From NCBI RefSeq assembly GCF_036321535.1, contig NC_087437.1:116934001-116998000 (forward strand): a DNA stretch of 64,000 bases. The letters are read 5' to 3'. Positions 61,828-64,000 of the stretch are shown piece by piece. A program made the translations under genes and the position numbers. Under the pieces are notes generated by a model that searched no databases, was not told the DNA's origin, and worked only from the letters and a program-made list of their open reading frames with translations. How positions within the stretch are numbered: position 1 is the stretch's first letter; each line of letters opens with the position of its first letter. The DNA is from Camelus dromedarius (Eukaryota).

Positions 61828-63114
61828 TTTCCTGCTCCTGTGACATGTAATCACCTGAACAGAAGTTAGCCTTGTGAGAATGACATCTGCACATGGGGCT
61901 GTTCCTGTGGCTGCTGGTTCAGAAATGGTACTCTTGGGGTCCGATCCAGGCATCCATCAGGTTGTCCCCTCACTGACCACCAACTCTGTGTGGACAGGAA
62001 CTGTCTACCTTGCCCACTGCTGCATCCCAAGCACCTGGAAATAAGTACACATTGAACGGGGACCAGAGGAAGATGGATGATCAGGTTTGGAATTAGTTCT
62101 TTAATTTGGGCCTTTATGCAGATTAAACAAAAGATTTGCAGGGCATCCTGAATGCACACACTGAAATAGGATCTAAACCAGGCAGGTTTAAAAGCAAAAC
62201 AGGGTGGGTCTTTTTTATATACTTCATTGGCTTGGGTTTTTTTTTTTTTCCTCCTAGTTATAAAATGTTGGGAAAAAATTTAAGTAAAAAACAAAAAACT
62301 ACCAAATCCCTACCGCCCCAAAACAACTCTAAAATTTAAGTAAATATTCTCCTAGTGATTTTTTTGTAGTTTGACTAAGATTTGTTTTCCTCATAGGTCC
62401 CTGTGCCCTGTGTCTCCCCCTGCTCCCCAGAACCCCCTCTTCATGCCTCAGAGGAGTCAGACTGCCATTTCGGGTCTAAAATGTAAAGTCTTGGCCTAAA
62501 GACAGATGGCATTATAAGATCAGTCTGAGCTGGCCCTTCCTGTGCCCAGAGATGAGATCACAGGGGATCTAGGTCGGGAGTGGGGAGACAGTATGCATAG
62601 GTGTTTTGGGGGGTCCCTGTGTGCACCTGACTTCCAAAGTCAGGGCGAGGCAGAGGCTGAGACAGCGGGAAGCCATGACAGCAGGGCAGAGGGAGCCTCC
62701 CTTAGGTAGGGCCCAGCCCAGTGGCCAAGGCCAGAATTTGTACCAGACATGCTTACAAGTGACCTACAAAAGAAATACAGTGGCCCCTTCAAGGTGGAGC
62801 AAAGGAATTCTCCTCTGTGTGTCCAGAAGCTGCCCTGAACCCGCCCTCACCGTCCCGGACATCCCAGCAAGTGGGGCAGGCTCTACTGCACCCCGACAGG
62901 GCGGCCCGCGCAGTGTGACACCCAGCACTGTCGGTCCCCCGCGTGGAGGCACCCCCCCAGGGAAGGGCCATCTTTGAACTGACGGCCATCTAGGTCCTAT
63001 TGCTGGTGGAATGTGGGCCCAAAAGAGAAATTCAAGTCCAATCCTAGAAAAGTAAAGACCGTGTTACAACCACAATGGTTGCAGCAGAGATTCACACCCA
63101 CAGCTCCTGTAAGC

Positions 63115-63183
63115 ACTGACCCTTGAGCAGCTCGGGGAATATGGGCGCCACCTCCGGCCCCCATGCAATCGAAAATCCAAATA
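63115..63183 (+). mobile_element. Tigger2/MER8-like terminal fragment
   Basis: tgacccttgagcagctcgggg...cccccatgcaatcgaaaatcca. Confidence 0.5.
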
Positions 63184-63369
63184 CTGCTATCTCTCCCTCA
63201 AAAGAAAGGAACTGATAAACGATTCACCCAAAGGCAGGAAGCTGAAACAGTTTGGATAGAATCAGGACTCAAACCTCAGTTCTTTATTTTTTAGTTGTGT
63301 TATGACCATAAAAATGTTGAGGACCATATTTTTCATGCCTAGATTTTAAATTATTTTATTTTATTTTTC

Positions 63370-63950
63370 AAAAAGACACATGCACCCGAATGTTCACGGC
63401 AGCATTGTTTACAGTGGTCTACCTATGGAAGCAACCTAAGTGTCCATGAACAGATGAACAGATACACACACACACACACATATACACAAAATGGAATGTC
63501 ACTCAGCCATAAGAAATAATAAAATCTTGCCATTTGCAACAACATTGATGGACCTAAAGGGTATTATGCTAAGTGAAATAAGTTGGACAGAGAAAGACAA
63601 ATACTGTATGATATCACTTACATGTGAAACCTAAAAACTACAACAAACTAGTGAATATAACAAAAAGCAGCAGGCTCACAGATCTAGAGAACAACCTAGT
63701 GGTTACCTGTGGGGAGAGGGAGAGGTAGGGACAAGACAGCAGTGGGAGATGAAAAAGTACAAACTACTATGTATAAAATAAACTACAAGGATATAACGTA
63801 CAGCACAGGGAATATAGCCAATATTTTATAATAACTATGAATGGAGGACAAGCTATAAAAATTTTGAATCACTATATTGTGCACCTAAATTAATACAATA
63901 CCGTAAGTCAACTATACTTCAATTTTAAAAATTAAAAGAAAAATAATGTA
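63370..63950 (+). mobile_element. L1 3' fragment (artiodactyl-type)
   Basis: aaaagacacatgcacccgaatgttcacggcagc...gtacagcacagggaatatagccaatattttataataacta...gtcaactatacttcaatt. Confidence 0.9.
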
Positions 63951-64000
63951 AAATAAATAAGCCTCAGGGATGTGATATACAGCATAAGGAATGTGGTCAA

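Noticed and set aside
1..64000. Assignment to a named gene locus
   Set aside because: No exon or landmark I can recognise with confidence; needs a genome alignment

Overview
Non-coding mammalian DNA, most likely camelid (alpaca, llama or camel). The species call rests on four copies of a tRNA-Ala(AGC)-derived SINE resembling camelid Vic-1, artiodactyl/camelid-type L1 3' ends, and no Alu, B1/B2, BovB/Bov-A or PRE1 that I could recognise. I found no credible host protein-coding exon, RNA gene or CRISPR array. The long ORFs come from microsatellites, GC-rich DNA or decayed L1. A large part of the window is interspersed repeat (L1, L2, MIR, MaLR/ERVL/ERV1 LTRs, hAT and TcMar MITEs), plus a 1.4 kb (TGGA/TGGG)n array. 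The unique DNA between repeats looks like a distal regulatory landscape. It contains an NF-kB/PU.1/AP-1/C/EBP/octamer cluster near 0.4-0.7 kb, an AP-1 cluster near 37 kb, ISRE and ARE motifs, a strong CTCF site at 48.06 kb with a weaker co-oriented one at 50.4 kb, and a small CpG island partly built on an L2 relic. Several retrotransposition events are readable at base level: a triple-nested L1, an L1 inside a SINE, and a probable twin-primed L1 inversion. I did not find evidence for a novel gene system. Repeat subfamily names are from recall of consensus sequences, not from a search, and repeat boundaries are approximate unless TSDs are given.
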